From: Eledone cirrhosa
Taxonomy: Eukaryota
Length of the DNA stretch: 64,000 nt
NCBI GenBank assembly: GCA_964016885.1
Contig: OZ024759.1
Span: 2,666,001-2,730,000, forward strand
Direction of reading: 5' to 3'
In this document: in pieces, positions 52,636 through 64,000 of the stretch
Position numbering within the stretch: the stretch's first letter is position 1
Layout of the letters: each line of letters opens with the position of its first letter
Notes under the pieces: generated by a model
Told to the model about the DNA's origin: nothing
What the model saw: only the letters and a program-made list of their open reading frames with translations
Databases searched by the model: none
Translations under genes and position numbers: made by a program

Positions 52636-52902
52636 ATATATATATATATATATACAGGTATATATATATATGTACAGATATATATATATATATGTACAGA
52701 TATATATATATATATGTACAGATATATATATATATATGTACAGATATATATATACATACATATATATATATACACATATATATATACATATATATATATA
52801 TTTATGTATATATATATAAACGGAAAAAATGAAACAAAATTTCATTTCTCACTCTTAGTACGGCTGTTACTTAAATATAAGTATGTATACGTACATACAT
52901 AA

Positions 52903-53010
52903 TTGTTTCTACTTTAGGCACAAGGCCAGCAATTACCCAGTGCATTACTGGTACTTTATTTTATCGACCCCGTAAGGATGAAAGGCAAAGTCAACCTCGG
53001 CGGGATTTGA
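52903..53010 (-). mobile_element. SINE family 1, truncated at the B box
   Basis: Matches 20426-20535 and is joined directly to an RTE fragment. Confidence 0.8.
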
Positions 53011-53013
53011 TAC

Positions 53014-55676
53014 ATAATGATGATGGGTTAGGGCGAGTAGGCATTTTCCTGGCTGAGAGATAGATCGATAAGACAATAGAAGTAGTTAGAGTCAGTAATT
53101 GAATAATTAAGCTTAGATTAGTTGTAGGCAGGAGAATACTGACAATCATCTCTGCCTATGTTCCCCAGGCAGGCCTAGGTAAAGAAGAGAAAGACTGCTT
53201 TTACGAGCAACTTTTACAAATAGCCGCAATGACAGAGGACGGCGACATCATTATGCTAGCAGGAGACTTCAATGGTCATGTTGGACAGCTCAAGGATGGT
53301 TACACTGGGGTACATGGTGGGCATGGTTACGACTCAAGAAATCAAGAAGGAGTGAGACTTCTTGAATTTTGTGATGCAAGTGAACTAATCCTTTGCAACA
53401 CTAACTTCAAGAAACCTGCCAACCACCTAATAACCTACAAATCAGGCGAGCACATAAGCTAGATTGACTTCTTACTAATTAGGCAGTAGGACAGGCAGAT
53501 GGTGTTAAATACTAAGGCATACCCTGGGAAAGGATGTACCCCACAGCATAGGTTAGTCGTTAGTGATATCTCAGTAAGCAAGAGATGGAATGAGACATAC
53601 AGGAAGGTGTGGAGAAGAAAGGTCTGGAAGCTAAAAGACCTTTCACTAAAATACAAATTTAGGAAAGCCCTTCAAGATGTATATGACGAAAAAGAAGACG
53701 ATTTACAGTCGTATGACATAGATGATAACTGGAATTTCTTACGTGACAACTTACTGCAGGGTACTGATGAAACTTGTGGCTGGAGCAGAGCTCCAACCAG
53801 ACAGAGTGACCTGGTGGTGGAACAGCACAGTAGATAAGGCCATTAGAGACAAAAGACTAGCATGGAAGGCTTGGAAAAATAGTAGGAGCAGGGAAGAATA
53901 TACAGCCGCTAAGAGAGAAGCTAGACGTCAGGTGTATTTAGCACGTAAGAAGGCTGAGAGTAGGAGGTTTGCCAATGTTCTGCCACGGGAAGATCAGAGA
54001 CGTGCGGTGTTCCAGATTGCAAGGCAGTGTGTCAATGTGAATCAGGATGCTGTTGGAGTTAAATAAGTCTGGAATGATGCTGGTGTACTTAGTGTCACGA
54101 ATGATCAGAAAAAGGAGGCCTGGAAATGTCATTATGAGAGACTGATGAATGTGGAGAACGAATGGGAGAGAGAGAAATTACCCTCAGTAGATCCGACAGA
54201 GGGACCAGCTATTGAGATTGACGAATATAGGGTCCAAGAGGTGATTAAGGAAATGAAAAATGGTAAGGCCACTGGACCGTCGGGGATAGTTGCCGAGATG
54301 CTGAAGGCATCAGGGGACGTAGGCACTAAACTGGTTGCACGCATCATCAATCAGGCTATATATGGTGGTGTCATACCCAAAGACTGGTGCAGCAGTATTC
54401 TCATAAATTGCTACAAAGGTAAAGGGGATGCTCTGGAGAGGAGCAATTATAGGGGTATAAAACTGATGGATCAGGTTATGAAAGTGGCAGAAACGATACT
54501 AGCACAACTAATTAGAGATTGGGTCAAACTAGATGAGATGCAGTTTGGTTTTGTGCCTGGGAAAAGTACAACAGAGAAGGCCTTTGATAGGGTACTCTGA
54601 TCTGTCAGCTGGTGGTCCCTAAGGAAACTAGGTGTTGAGGAATGGCTTGTGAGCACTGTGCAAACTTTGTACAGAGGTGCTGTCAGTAAAGTGAGGAATT
54701 CCAGATACAAGTAGGAGTATATCAAAGTTCGGTCCTCGGCCTGCTCTTGTTCATTATAGTCCTCCAAGACATAACAGAGGAATTTAAGACTGGCTGTCCA
54801 TGGGAACTTTTCTATGCTGACAATCTGGTTCTTATAGCAAAATCAGTAGAGGAGCTAGAGAATAAATTCTGGCTATGGAAATAGCAGTTGGAATCAAGTG
54901 GACTGAAAGTGAACCTAGCTAAGACAAAAGTGTTCCATCAGGGAAATGGCCATGTTCGACATGCAGAAAAGGAACTGGTATAAATTCCTTAAAATGCACA
55001 CAATGCAGATCTTGGGTACACAAGAGATGTAGTGGGATAGTAGAAGTTGCATTGATAGACACATTTTTCAAATGCAGGTGGGTGCTATAGAAGTGGTTGA
55101 TAGCTTCCGGTACCTAGGAGATCAGATTAGCATGGGAGGGGAGGTGTTCCGAGGCCATAGTATCTAGAATAAGGACGGGTTGGAAGAAGTCTAGGGAGCT
55201 TCTTCCTCTGCTGACAAAGAAGGGTTTCTCCCTGCGTACGAAAGGCCAGTTATATGATGCCTATGTGAGGAGCGCGATGCTGCATGGTAGTGAGACATGG
55301 GCAGCAACTGCAGAGGATATGCAACAGCTGCAGAGAAATGAGGCAAACATGCTCCATTGGATGTGCAATGTCAATGTGCGTGAACGACCGTGCATGGATG
55401 TGTTGAGAGGGAAACTGTGTCTGAGCGGGATAGAATGTAGTGTGTGAGACAGGAGACTGAAGTGGTATGGACATGTGATGTGCATGGAGGATGACCGCTG
55501 GGTGAAGAAGTGCCAGGAAATTCCAGTTGAAGGAAGATATATAGTGGGATGGGTCCTATTCAGCACAGCATCTCTCCACTTGTCACGAAGGGCCGTGACA
55601 AGTGGAGAGATGATGTGCTGAATAGGACCCATCCCACCCTTGCAAGCAGGGAAAAGCGGACGTAAAATGATGATGA
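53014..55676 (+). mobile_element. RTE LINE subfamily B, decayed with many small deletions
   Basis: APE and RT fragments; fold-back at 55544-55637; (GAT)n tail. Confidence 0.93.
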
Positions 55677-55764
55677 TATATATATATATATATATGTGTA
55701 CATGTATATGTATATGTATATATATATGTATGTGTACATATATATGTATACATACATATGTATG

Positions 55765-55809
<45 letters not shown>

Positions 55810-55989
55810 GTATATATGTATATGTATGTATATATATATGTATATATATAGATATATGTATATATATATATATATATCTTCCCTTATTACATATATATGT
55901 ATATGTATGCATATAAAAAAAAAAAAAATGCTAGGGTTGATAAAATGGCCTCTTATCCTTTATCCCCCGTCCCCACTATAGCGTGTTAC

Positions 55990-58544
55990 GCGCTGGCTAG
56001 TTCACCCCTTCAATCACTCCCTTCTCTCTCTCCAAATATAAATAAACCTGTAGCGAGGTAAGAATCCCAGAATTTGTCAACGCTCAAAAGTGGGGAGACC
56101 TCGTTCCTGCGAATTATAATGTAAATGCCATTTTTCTGATCTCTCTCCAGCCTATCGGTTCATTCATTCATATTTATTCTATTCTATAATTCTGTCTGGT
56201 TGTTTCTAAATAATCTTCTTGTATTTTTAACTATATTTTTAACTACCCCACTTTGCTAACTACACCATACCCCTCCCGCCCCCACTCTCCACCTTATTAT
56301 TTGGACCAATCACAAGTCAACAGCCTATGCTATCACTTCTGGCTGCTTTTCGATATGATGGATGGACTAAGGAATTTCTGGAGAGTCTGAAGAATCTGGA
56401 CACTCGATGACAATGCCAAAGATAGCGACAAATTCACCTCATGCTGCCGGACGAAAGGGCAAGTCCCCCTCTTTGTTTCGGCCGCGGATGGCCAACATAA
56501 CCCCAACCCCATCCCCCTCACCCATCCCTGCGCCTCATCCTCCAAACACAATCCAAAACTTCAGAGTTGGTACCATGAATGTAGGCACCTTAAAAGGTCG
56601 CTCTAACAAGGTTGTAGAAATGCTTGAACGTAAAGAGGTTGATGTTTGCTGTATCCAAGAGACCAGGTGGAGGGGCGGGTCTGCTAGATTCATTGTGGGT
56701 AAAGAACGTTGCTATAAGCTTTTCTGGGTGGGAAATGACAATGGGATAGGTGGGGTAGGAATCATGTTAGCAGAAAAATGGGTGGATAAGATAATAGATG
56801 TAAATAGAGTCATCATCATCATCATCAACGTTTAACGTCCGTGTTCCACGCTTGCATGGGTTTGGACGGGGGTAGTCCCACTTGAGGCAAGAGTGATTGT
56901 CTTGCTCACATAGGACTGTCTGGCAGGTTTTCTACAGTTGGATGCCCTTCCTAACACCAACCACATTTACAGTGTGGGTCTGGGAGGTTTTTACCGTGTT
57001 GCCTACACGGCCACATTACAGCGTGGCCTGTGTGTTTTTTTGTCGTGACACCTACACGATCTCATTTGTTTCGGCCTGGATGGCGCGGCACCAACATAAC
57101 TTTACATAGAACGGGGTGGTGTGGATGGGGTGGGGGGGGGGTATTTTGTTAGAGATGCCTACTGGCAAGGCGGGTCTTCTCTGTTACTGAGTACCGCCAA
57201 AGGTCTCGGTCCAGTAAATAACAGAATAATGAAAATAAGACTTGTTCTAAATAGAACTACTGTGACAGTAATATCGGCATACGCTCCCCAATCCGGACTG
57301 CCTGGCGCTATAAAAGACAGATTCCATGAGACACTGATGCTCACTACCTCCCAAATAACCGACAATGACTATATAATTATTGCTGGCGACCTAAATGGCC
57401 ACGTTGGTCCTAAATGCAAAGTATGGGTGCATAAAAGATGTAGTGGGATCACAGGTAAGCTAACTAAGAACATAGATTTTACATGTGGCCGGTGCTCTGG
57501 TGCAATAAGTAGCAGCAAGTGCCCACAAAATACTAGCTCTTTCAATTGCGCAGAGGGTTCTATAGAAATAGTGGACACCTTCTGTTACCTGGGTGACAAA
57601 ATCAGCAGTGGGGGAGGGTGCTCTGAAAGTACAGTAGCTAGAGTCAGAACTGGATGGAAAAAGTTCAGAGAGCTTATTCCACTATTAGCCACTAAAGGGT
57701 TCTCCCTAAAAATGAAAGGCAGGTTGTATGATGCCTGCATACGAACAGCAATGTTGCATGGCAGTGAGACCTGGGCATTGTGTGCAGAGGATATACGCAG
57801 ACTAGAGAGGAACGAAGCTTGCATGCTCCGTTGGATGTGTAATAGTAACATACGTGAACGGCAAAGCATAAGCGAACTAAGGAAAAAATTAGAAATAAGA
57901 GGGATCAGATGTTTTTTCTCGAGAGAAGGCTACGTTGGTATGGTCATGTGATGCGCATGAAAGACGACAGCTGTATAACAAAGTGCAGGGCAATAAAGAT
58001 AGACGGTAGCTACGGAGTAGGCAGACCCAGAAAAACCTGGGATGAGCTGATAAATTCCGACCTCACACACTTACACCTCTCCAAGACAATGTCACTGGAC
58101 CGAGACCTTTGGCGGTACTCAGTAATAGAGAAGACCCGCCTTACCTAAATACAAAGTAAAACCTACTACAGTCAGTAGGCATCTCTAACAAAATACACCC
58201 CCGTCCCACCACCCCCACCCCATCCACACCGCCCCTTTCAATGTAAAGTTATGTTGGTGCCACAACATCCAGGCCGAAACAAATGAGATCGTGTAGGTGT
58301 CACAACAAAAAAACACACAGTCCATGCTGTAATGTGGCCGTGTAGGCAACACGGTAAAAACCTCCCAGCCCCACACTGTAAATGTGGTTGGTGTTAGGAA
58401 GAGCATCCAGCTGTAGAAAACCTGTCAGACAGTCCTATGCGAGCAAGACAATCACTCTTGCCTCAATTGGGAAAACCCCCGTCCAAACCCATGCAAGCGT
58501 GGAACACGGACGTTAAACGATGATGATGATGATGATGATGATGA
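55990..58544 (+). mobile_element. RTE LINE subfamily A with internal deletion and antisense self-insertion
   Basis: 5' leader and MTMPK start; inverted tail at 56811-57215; NGHVG fused to PKCKVW; intact 3' UTR and (GAT)n tail. Confidence 0.93.
56811..57215 (-). mobile_element. RTE subfamily A 3' fragment nested in antisense
   Basis: (CAT)n followed by the reverse complement of ~58093-58520. Confidence 0.9.
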
Positions 58545-58587
58545 TATGTATATATATAGATATATGTATATATATATATATATATAT

Positions 58588-59351
58588 CTTCCCTTATTAC
58601 ATATATATATATATCTTCCCTTATTACATATATATATATATATATCTTCCCTTATTACATATATATATATATATATATCTTCCCTTATTACATATATATA
58701 TATATATATATCTTCCCTTATTACACATATATATATATATATATCTTCCCTTATTACATATATATATATATATATATCTTCCCTTATTACATATATATAT
58801 ATATATCTTCCCTTATTACATATATATATATATATCTTCCCTTATTACATATATATATATATATATATATATATCTTCCCTTATTACATATATATATATA
58901 TATCTTCCCCTATTACATATATATATATATCTTCCCTTATTACATATATATATATATATATCTTCCCTTATTACATATATATATATATCTTCCCTTATTA
59001 CATATATATATATATATATCTTCCCTTATTACATATATATATATATATATCTTCCCTTATTACATCTATATATATATATATATCTTCCCTTATTACATAT
59101 ATATATATATATATATATATATCTTCCCTTATTACATATATATATATATATATCTTCCCTTATTACATATATATATATATATCTTCCCTTATTACATATA
59201 TATATATATATATATATATCTTCCCTTATTACATATATATATATATATATCTTCCCTTATTACATATATATATATATATCTTCCCTTATTACATATATAT
59301 ATATATATCTTCCCTTATTACATATATATATATATATATATCTTCCCTTAT

Positions 59352-59386
<35 letters not shown>

Positions 59387-59430
59387 TCCCTTATTACATA
59401 TATATATATATATATATCTTCCCTTATTAC
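58588..59430. repeat. Array of 27 x CTTCCCTTATTAC separated by variable (AT)n
   Basis: Counted directly; one copy reads CTTCCCCTATTAC. Confidence 0.93.
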
Positions 59431-59579
59431 AGTTATATGCTCGTTCGATTATGGCCAAAAATTCGTGGATTTTATTCTATAAACTTCTCTCGATTTTTAT
59501 TTTTATAAACACGCTCGTTTAAATATGGTCGAAATTCTAGGATTTTATAAATTAACCTTCCTGCTCCCTACTATTCTCC

Positions 59580-62500
59580 CCCCCCCCCCGCCCCATACAT
59601 TGTATACATGCCTGCTGGCTCTCTTTCAATCCCATCCCCTCTCTCTTCAAACATAAAATAAACTGTTGTGGGGTACGAAACTCAGAATTTGTCGACCCAT
59701 ATTCTTGGCTACGTCGCTCACTCGAACTTCTGTGAAATGTAAAGTAATGTACGAATCCTATTTTCTCATCTCTCCATGTTTACCTGGTCCATTCATCTAT
59801 CTGTATCATATCGTCCAGAATACAACCTTTTCTTTTTTCTTTTTCAATGCTATTCGATAATTCTGTCTGATTGTTCAAAATAATCTTCTTGTATTTTAAA
59901 ATCCCATAATTCTTCCCTTATTACAGTTATATGCTCGTTCAATTATGGCCAAAATTTTGTGGATTTTCTTTTATAACCTTCTCACTAACTACCCCAGATC
60001 CCTCCCGCCCCCACTCACCATCATTATTATTATTTGGACCAATCATAAGTCATCGGCCTATGTTATCACTTAAGTTTAGACCTGGTTGCCTTTCGATATG
60101 ATGGATGGACTACGGAATTCTGGAGAGTCTGAAAAATCTGGACACTCAGTAACAATGCCAAAGATAAAGACAAATTCACCTCATGCTGCCGGACGTGAAT
60201 GCAAGGACTCCTCCTCTTTATTTAGGCCACAGACGACTAACATAGCCCCATCTCCCTCACCCCTCCCTGCGCCCTGTCCTCCCCACCTACCAAACGCAAT
60301 CCAAAATTTCAGAGTTGGTACCATGAATATAGGCACCTTAAAAGGTCGCTCTAACGAGGTTGTAGAAATGCTTGAACGTAAAGTGGTTGATGTTTAGTGC
60401 TGTATTCAAGAGACCAGGTGGAGGCGTGGGTCTGCTAGATTCATTGTGGGTAAAGAACGATGCTATAAGATTTTCTGGGTGGGAAATGACAATGGGCTGG
60501 GTGGAGTAGGAATCATGCTAGCAGAAAAATGGGTAGATAAGATAATAGATGTAAATAGAGTGAACGACAGAATAATTAAAATAAGACTTGTCCTCAATAG
60601 AACTACTGTGACAATAATATCTGCATACGCGCCCCAATCTGGACTGTCTGGCATTATGAAAGACAGATTCTATGAATCGTTAATGCTCACTACCTCCCAA
60701 ATAGCCGACAGTGACTATATAATTATTGCTGGCGATCTAAACGGTCACGTTGGACAACATTGTGATGGCTATGACGGAATCCATGGAGGCTATGGGTTTG
60801 GTACTAGAAATGAGGAAGGCGCCAGAATCCTGGAATTCTGTGATGCAAATAATCTAACTATCTGTAACACACACTTCAAAAAACAAGACAATCACTTGAT
60901 CACCTATAGATCAGGGGAACACGCCAGTCAGATAGATTATATCCTTACCAGAAGAAAAATATGGAAGTTAAAGAACCCCACAGCCAGAAATAAATTTCAA
61001 AGCATATTACTTGATGCTTTCGACAGTAAGGAAGAGCAATTAGAGTCATATAATATAGAGGAACAGTGGGAATTCCTGAAAGCAAACCTGCTGACGGCGG
61101 CAGACGAAGTCTGTGGCTGGAGCAGGCCTGTAGGTAGGAGGAGAGTAACATGGTGGTGGAACAGTAAGGTGGAGGAGTCAATTAAGGCCAAAAAGCAGGC
61201 TTGGAAAGTATGGTGGGATGGGGGAAGTAGAGAAGACTATCAAGTGGCCAGGAGGGAAGCTAGGAGACAAGTGTACTTCGCAAGAAGAGAAGCAGAGGAA
61301 AGAAAGTTCAAGCATGTTCTACAACACGAGGACCAAAAACGTGAGGTGTTCAGGATTGCTAGACAATGTGTCAAGGAAAACCATGATATTGTCGGGGAGA
61401 AGTGTGTACTTAATGATGAAGGCGTACTTGCCATCACTGACGCTGATAAGAAGGTAGCTTGGAAGTGTCACTACGAAAGGCTTCTAAATGAGGAGAATAA
61501 ATGGGAGAAAGACAGTCTCCCCCACATTGACCCAATAGAGGGACCAGCAGTGTTAGTCGAAGGTAGTATAATAAGTAAGGCAATCAAAGATATGAAGGCG
61601 GGTAAGGCGGCTGGGCCTTCGGAAATAGTTGCTGAGATGCTGAAAGCCTCTGGAACGGTGGGACACACCATGGTCTCCCGGATAGTAAACCAAGTCATAC
61701 AGAATGGGGTTGTTCTGAAGGACTGGCGTAGCAGTATCATCATTAACTGTTACAAGGGTGAAGGAGATGCCCTAGATAGGTGTAACTATAGAGGCATTAA
61801 ATTAATCGACCAGGTCATGAAGGTCACGGAAAAAGTAATAGCGCAACTAATCAGAGAGAGAATTGATCTAGATGAAATGCAGTTTGGGTTTGTGTCAGGC
61901 AAAAGTACCACAGACGCTCTTTTCATTGTACGACAACTACAGGAGAAGTACCTAGCTAAAAGTAAACCCCTATACTTAGCTTTTGTTGACTTGGAGAAAG
62001 CCTTCGACAGAGTCCCCCGTTCCATTATCTGGTGGGCTCTTAGAAAACTAGGTGTTGACGAATGGCTTGTCAGAGCTATACAAGCCATGTATAAAGAAAC
62101 AGTCAGCAAGGTTAGAATTAACAACGAATATAGTGAAGAGTTTAGCGTAAAAGTTGATGTCCATCAGGGCTCTGTTCTTAGCCCCCTCTTATTTATTATT
62201 GCCCTTCAGGCTATAACAGAGGAGTTCAAGACCAGCTGCCCATGGGAACTCCTATAAGCAGATGATCTAACGCTCATAGCTGAATCAATGGCCGAGCTAG
62301 AGAAGAAATTCCAAACATGGAAGCACGGCCTAGAATCAAAAGGCCTTAAAATTAACCTGGCTAAGACTAAAGTTCTAGTTTGTAGGAAAGAAAATAAAGC
62401 GCCGGTCCCTTCCGGGAAATGGCCATGCTCAGTGTGTAGGAAAGGCGTAGGTAGAAACTCCATTTTATGTCCCAAATGCAAAGTATGGGTGCATAAAAGA

Positions 62501-62993
62501 TGTAGTGGGATCACAGGTAAGCTAACTAAGAACATAGATTTTACATGTGGCCGGTGCTCTGGTGCAATAAGTAGCAGCAAGTGCCCACAAAATACTAACT
62601 CTTTCAATTGTGCAGAGGGTTCTATAGAAATAGTGGACAGCTTCCGTTACCTGGGCGACAAAATCAGCAGTGGGGGAGGGTGCTCTGAAAGTACAGTAGC
62701 TAGAGTCAGAACTGGTTGGAAAAAGTTCACTATTAGCCGCTAAAGGGTTCTCCCTAAGAATGAAAGGCAGGTTGTATGATGCCTGCATACGAACAGCAAT
62801 GTTGCATGGCAGTGAGACCTGGGCATTGTGTGCAGAGGATATACGCAGACTAGAGAGGAACGAAGCTTGCATGCTCCGCTGGATGTGTAATAGTAATATA
62901 CGTGAACGGCAAAGCATAAGCGAACTAAGGAAAAAATTAGAAATAAGAGGGATCAGATGTTGTTTACTTGAGAGAAGGCTACGTTGGTATAGT

Positions 62994-62996
<3 letters not shown>
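59580..62996 (+). mobile_element. RTE LINE subfamily A, 3'-truncated pseudogene
   Basis: APE-RT ORF 60446-62257, an in-frame 135-bp deletion near 60955 and TAA in place of the Y of YADD. Ends in (CA)/(TA)n. Confidence 0.94.
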
Positions 62997-63040
<44 letters not shown>

Positions 63041-63042
<2 letters not shown>

Positions 63043-63372
63043 CATCATCATCATGATCACTGTTTTACGTCCGTTCTTCCACGCTCGCATGGGTTAGATG
63101 GGTTGTCGTGTTGTGGGCAGTGTCCAGTCAGTTGACCTTGTCTTGCTCATACGGGAACTGATTCTGGCTTGATTTCTACAGCTGGATGCTCTTCCTAACA
63201 CCAACCTCATTTACAATGAGTGCTGGGTGGTTTTTTTACGTGGCGCCTACACGTCGACTTTACAGTCGGAGGGTGTGGGGGCATGTTGTGGGGTCGGGTC
63301 TTCTGTATTACTGCGTGACGCCATAGGTCACGGTCGTGTGTCATCGCCTTTGCGAGGTGTAATTGGGTAAGG
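63041..63372 (-). mobile_element. RTE subfamily C-like 3' fragment
   Basis: Homologous to 46225-46600; (CAT)n tail. Confidence 0.85.
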
Positions 63373-63604
63373 TATGTATGTATATATATAAATGTATATA
63401 TATATATAGATATCATATAGATAGATGAGTGTATATATATATATATGGGATAACAAATTATCGTTATAGGTAATCCAGTTAGAGGTTGTGAATACTCCGT
63501 ATTGTGGATAGTTTTAACGTATGGCGTGGTTTGACTCAACAAGAGGTTTCCTTAGTTAGGCTGCGAGTTCTCGGCATTCCCATACAGGTTATACTTGGAG
63601 TAAT

Positions 63605-64000
63605 AATAGTGAAAGAGTGAAGAATAACATGGTGAATAGTACAAAAAGGGTTTTATTTACAGTATTAACAATTATTTCATTGATTAGGTTGTCTAAAAAT
63701 TGTTAATCACTTGAAGTTGTGTCACTCAATTTTAAATACATGCATGCCTAATCAAATCATCGTAAAAACTGATTAAAATTATACACGGCGTTTGTAATAT
63801 ACTAGGAAAATTCAAATTACATCAGTAATAAAGAAAGTAGACAAAAGAAAAAGAGAGAAACATAAAAGAGAAAAAATAAAAATAAAAATAAATAAAAATA
63901 AAAATAAAAAAAATATTAAATAAATTATTATTTATTTGTTTATTTTTATTTTTATTTTTTTCTCTTTTATTTTTCTCTCCTTTTTTCTTCTTTCTTTATT
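63605..64000 (-). mobile_element. Penelope-like 3' terminus (same family as 38145-39466)
   Basis: AGTACAAAAAGGGTTTTATTTACAGT is close to the reverse complement of 39409-39435. Confidence 0.65.

Noticed and set aside
58520-59508. CRISPR-like repeat/spacer layout and two 320-aa ORFs
   Set aside because: The spacers are only (AT)n; the ORFs are IY-rich microsatellite translations.

Overview
Eukaryotic, repeat-dense window. It is probably an octopod cephalopod; this is an inference from the SINE/RTE families and the (TA)n/(CA)n density. I find four plus-strand exons (18482-18633, 32589-32735, 33977-34088, 35029-35166). They have GT-AG boundaries and compatible phases, and splice into one open frame whose last two exons resemble SPAG17/PF6. 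The first 18.5 kb is a 57-bp tandem array with higher-order duplications. Each unit reads as a miniature intron (GTAACA...pyrimidine tract...CTAG) plus 5 nt, and the last unit supplies the 3' splice site of the first exon. A second 22/25-bp array does the same in front of exon 3. The rest is nested mobile DNA, mostly bounded by (TA)n: at least three RTE-clade LINE subfamilies (APE + RT + an internal PHD-like finger), Penelope-like GIY-YIG remnants with minimal hammerhead ribozyme motifs, tRNA-derived SINEs, Helitron-like and TTAA-flanked MITE-like elements, and several fold-back palindromes. All family assignments are by eye and from recall; no searches were run.
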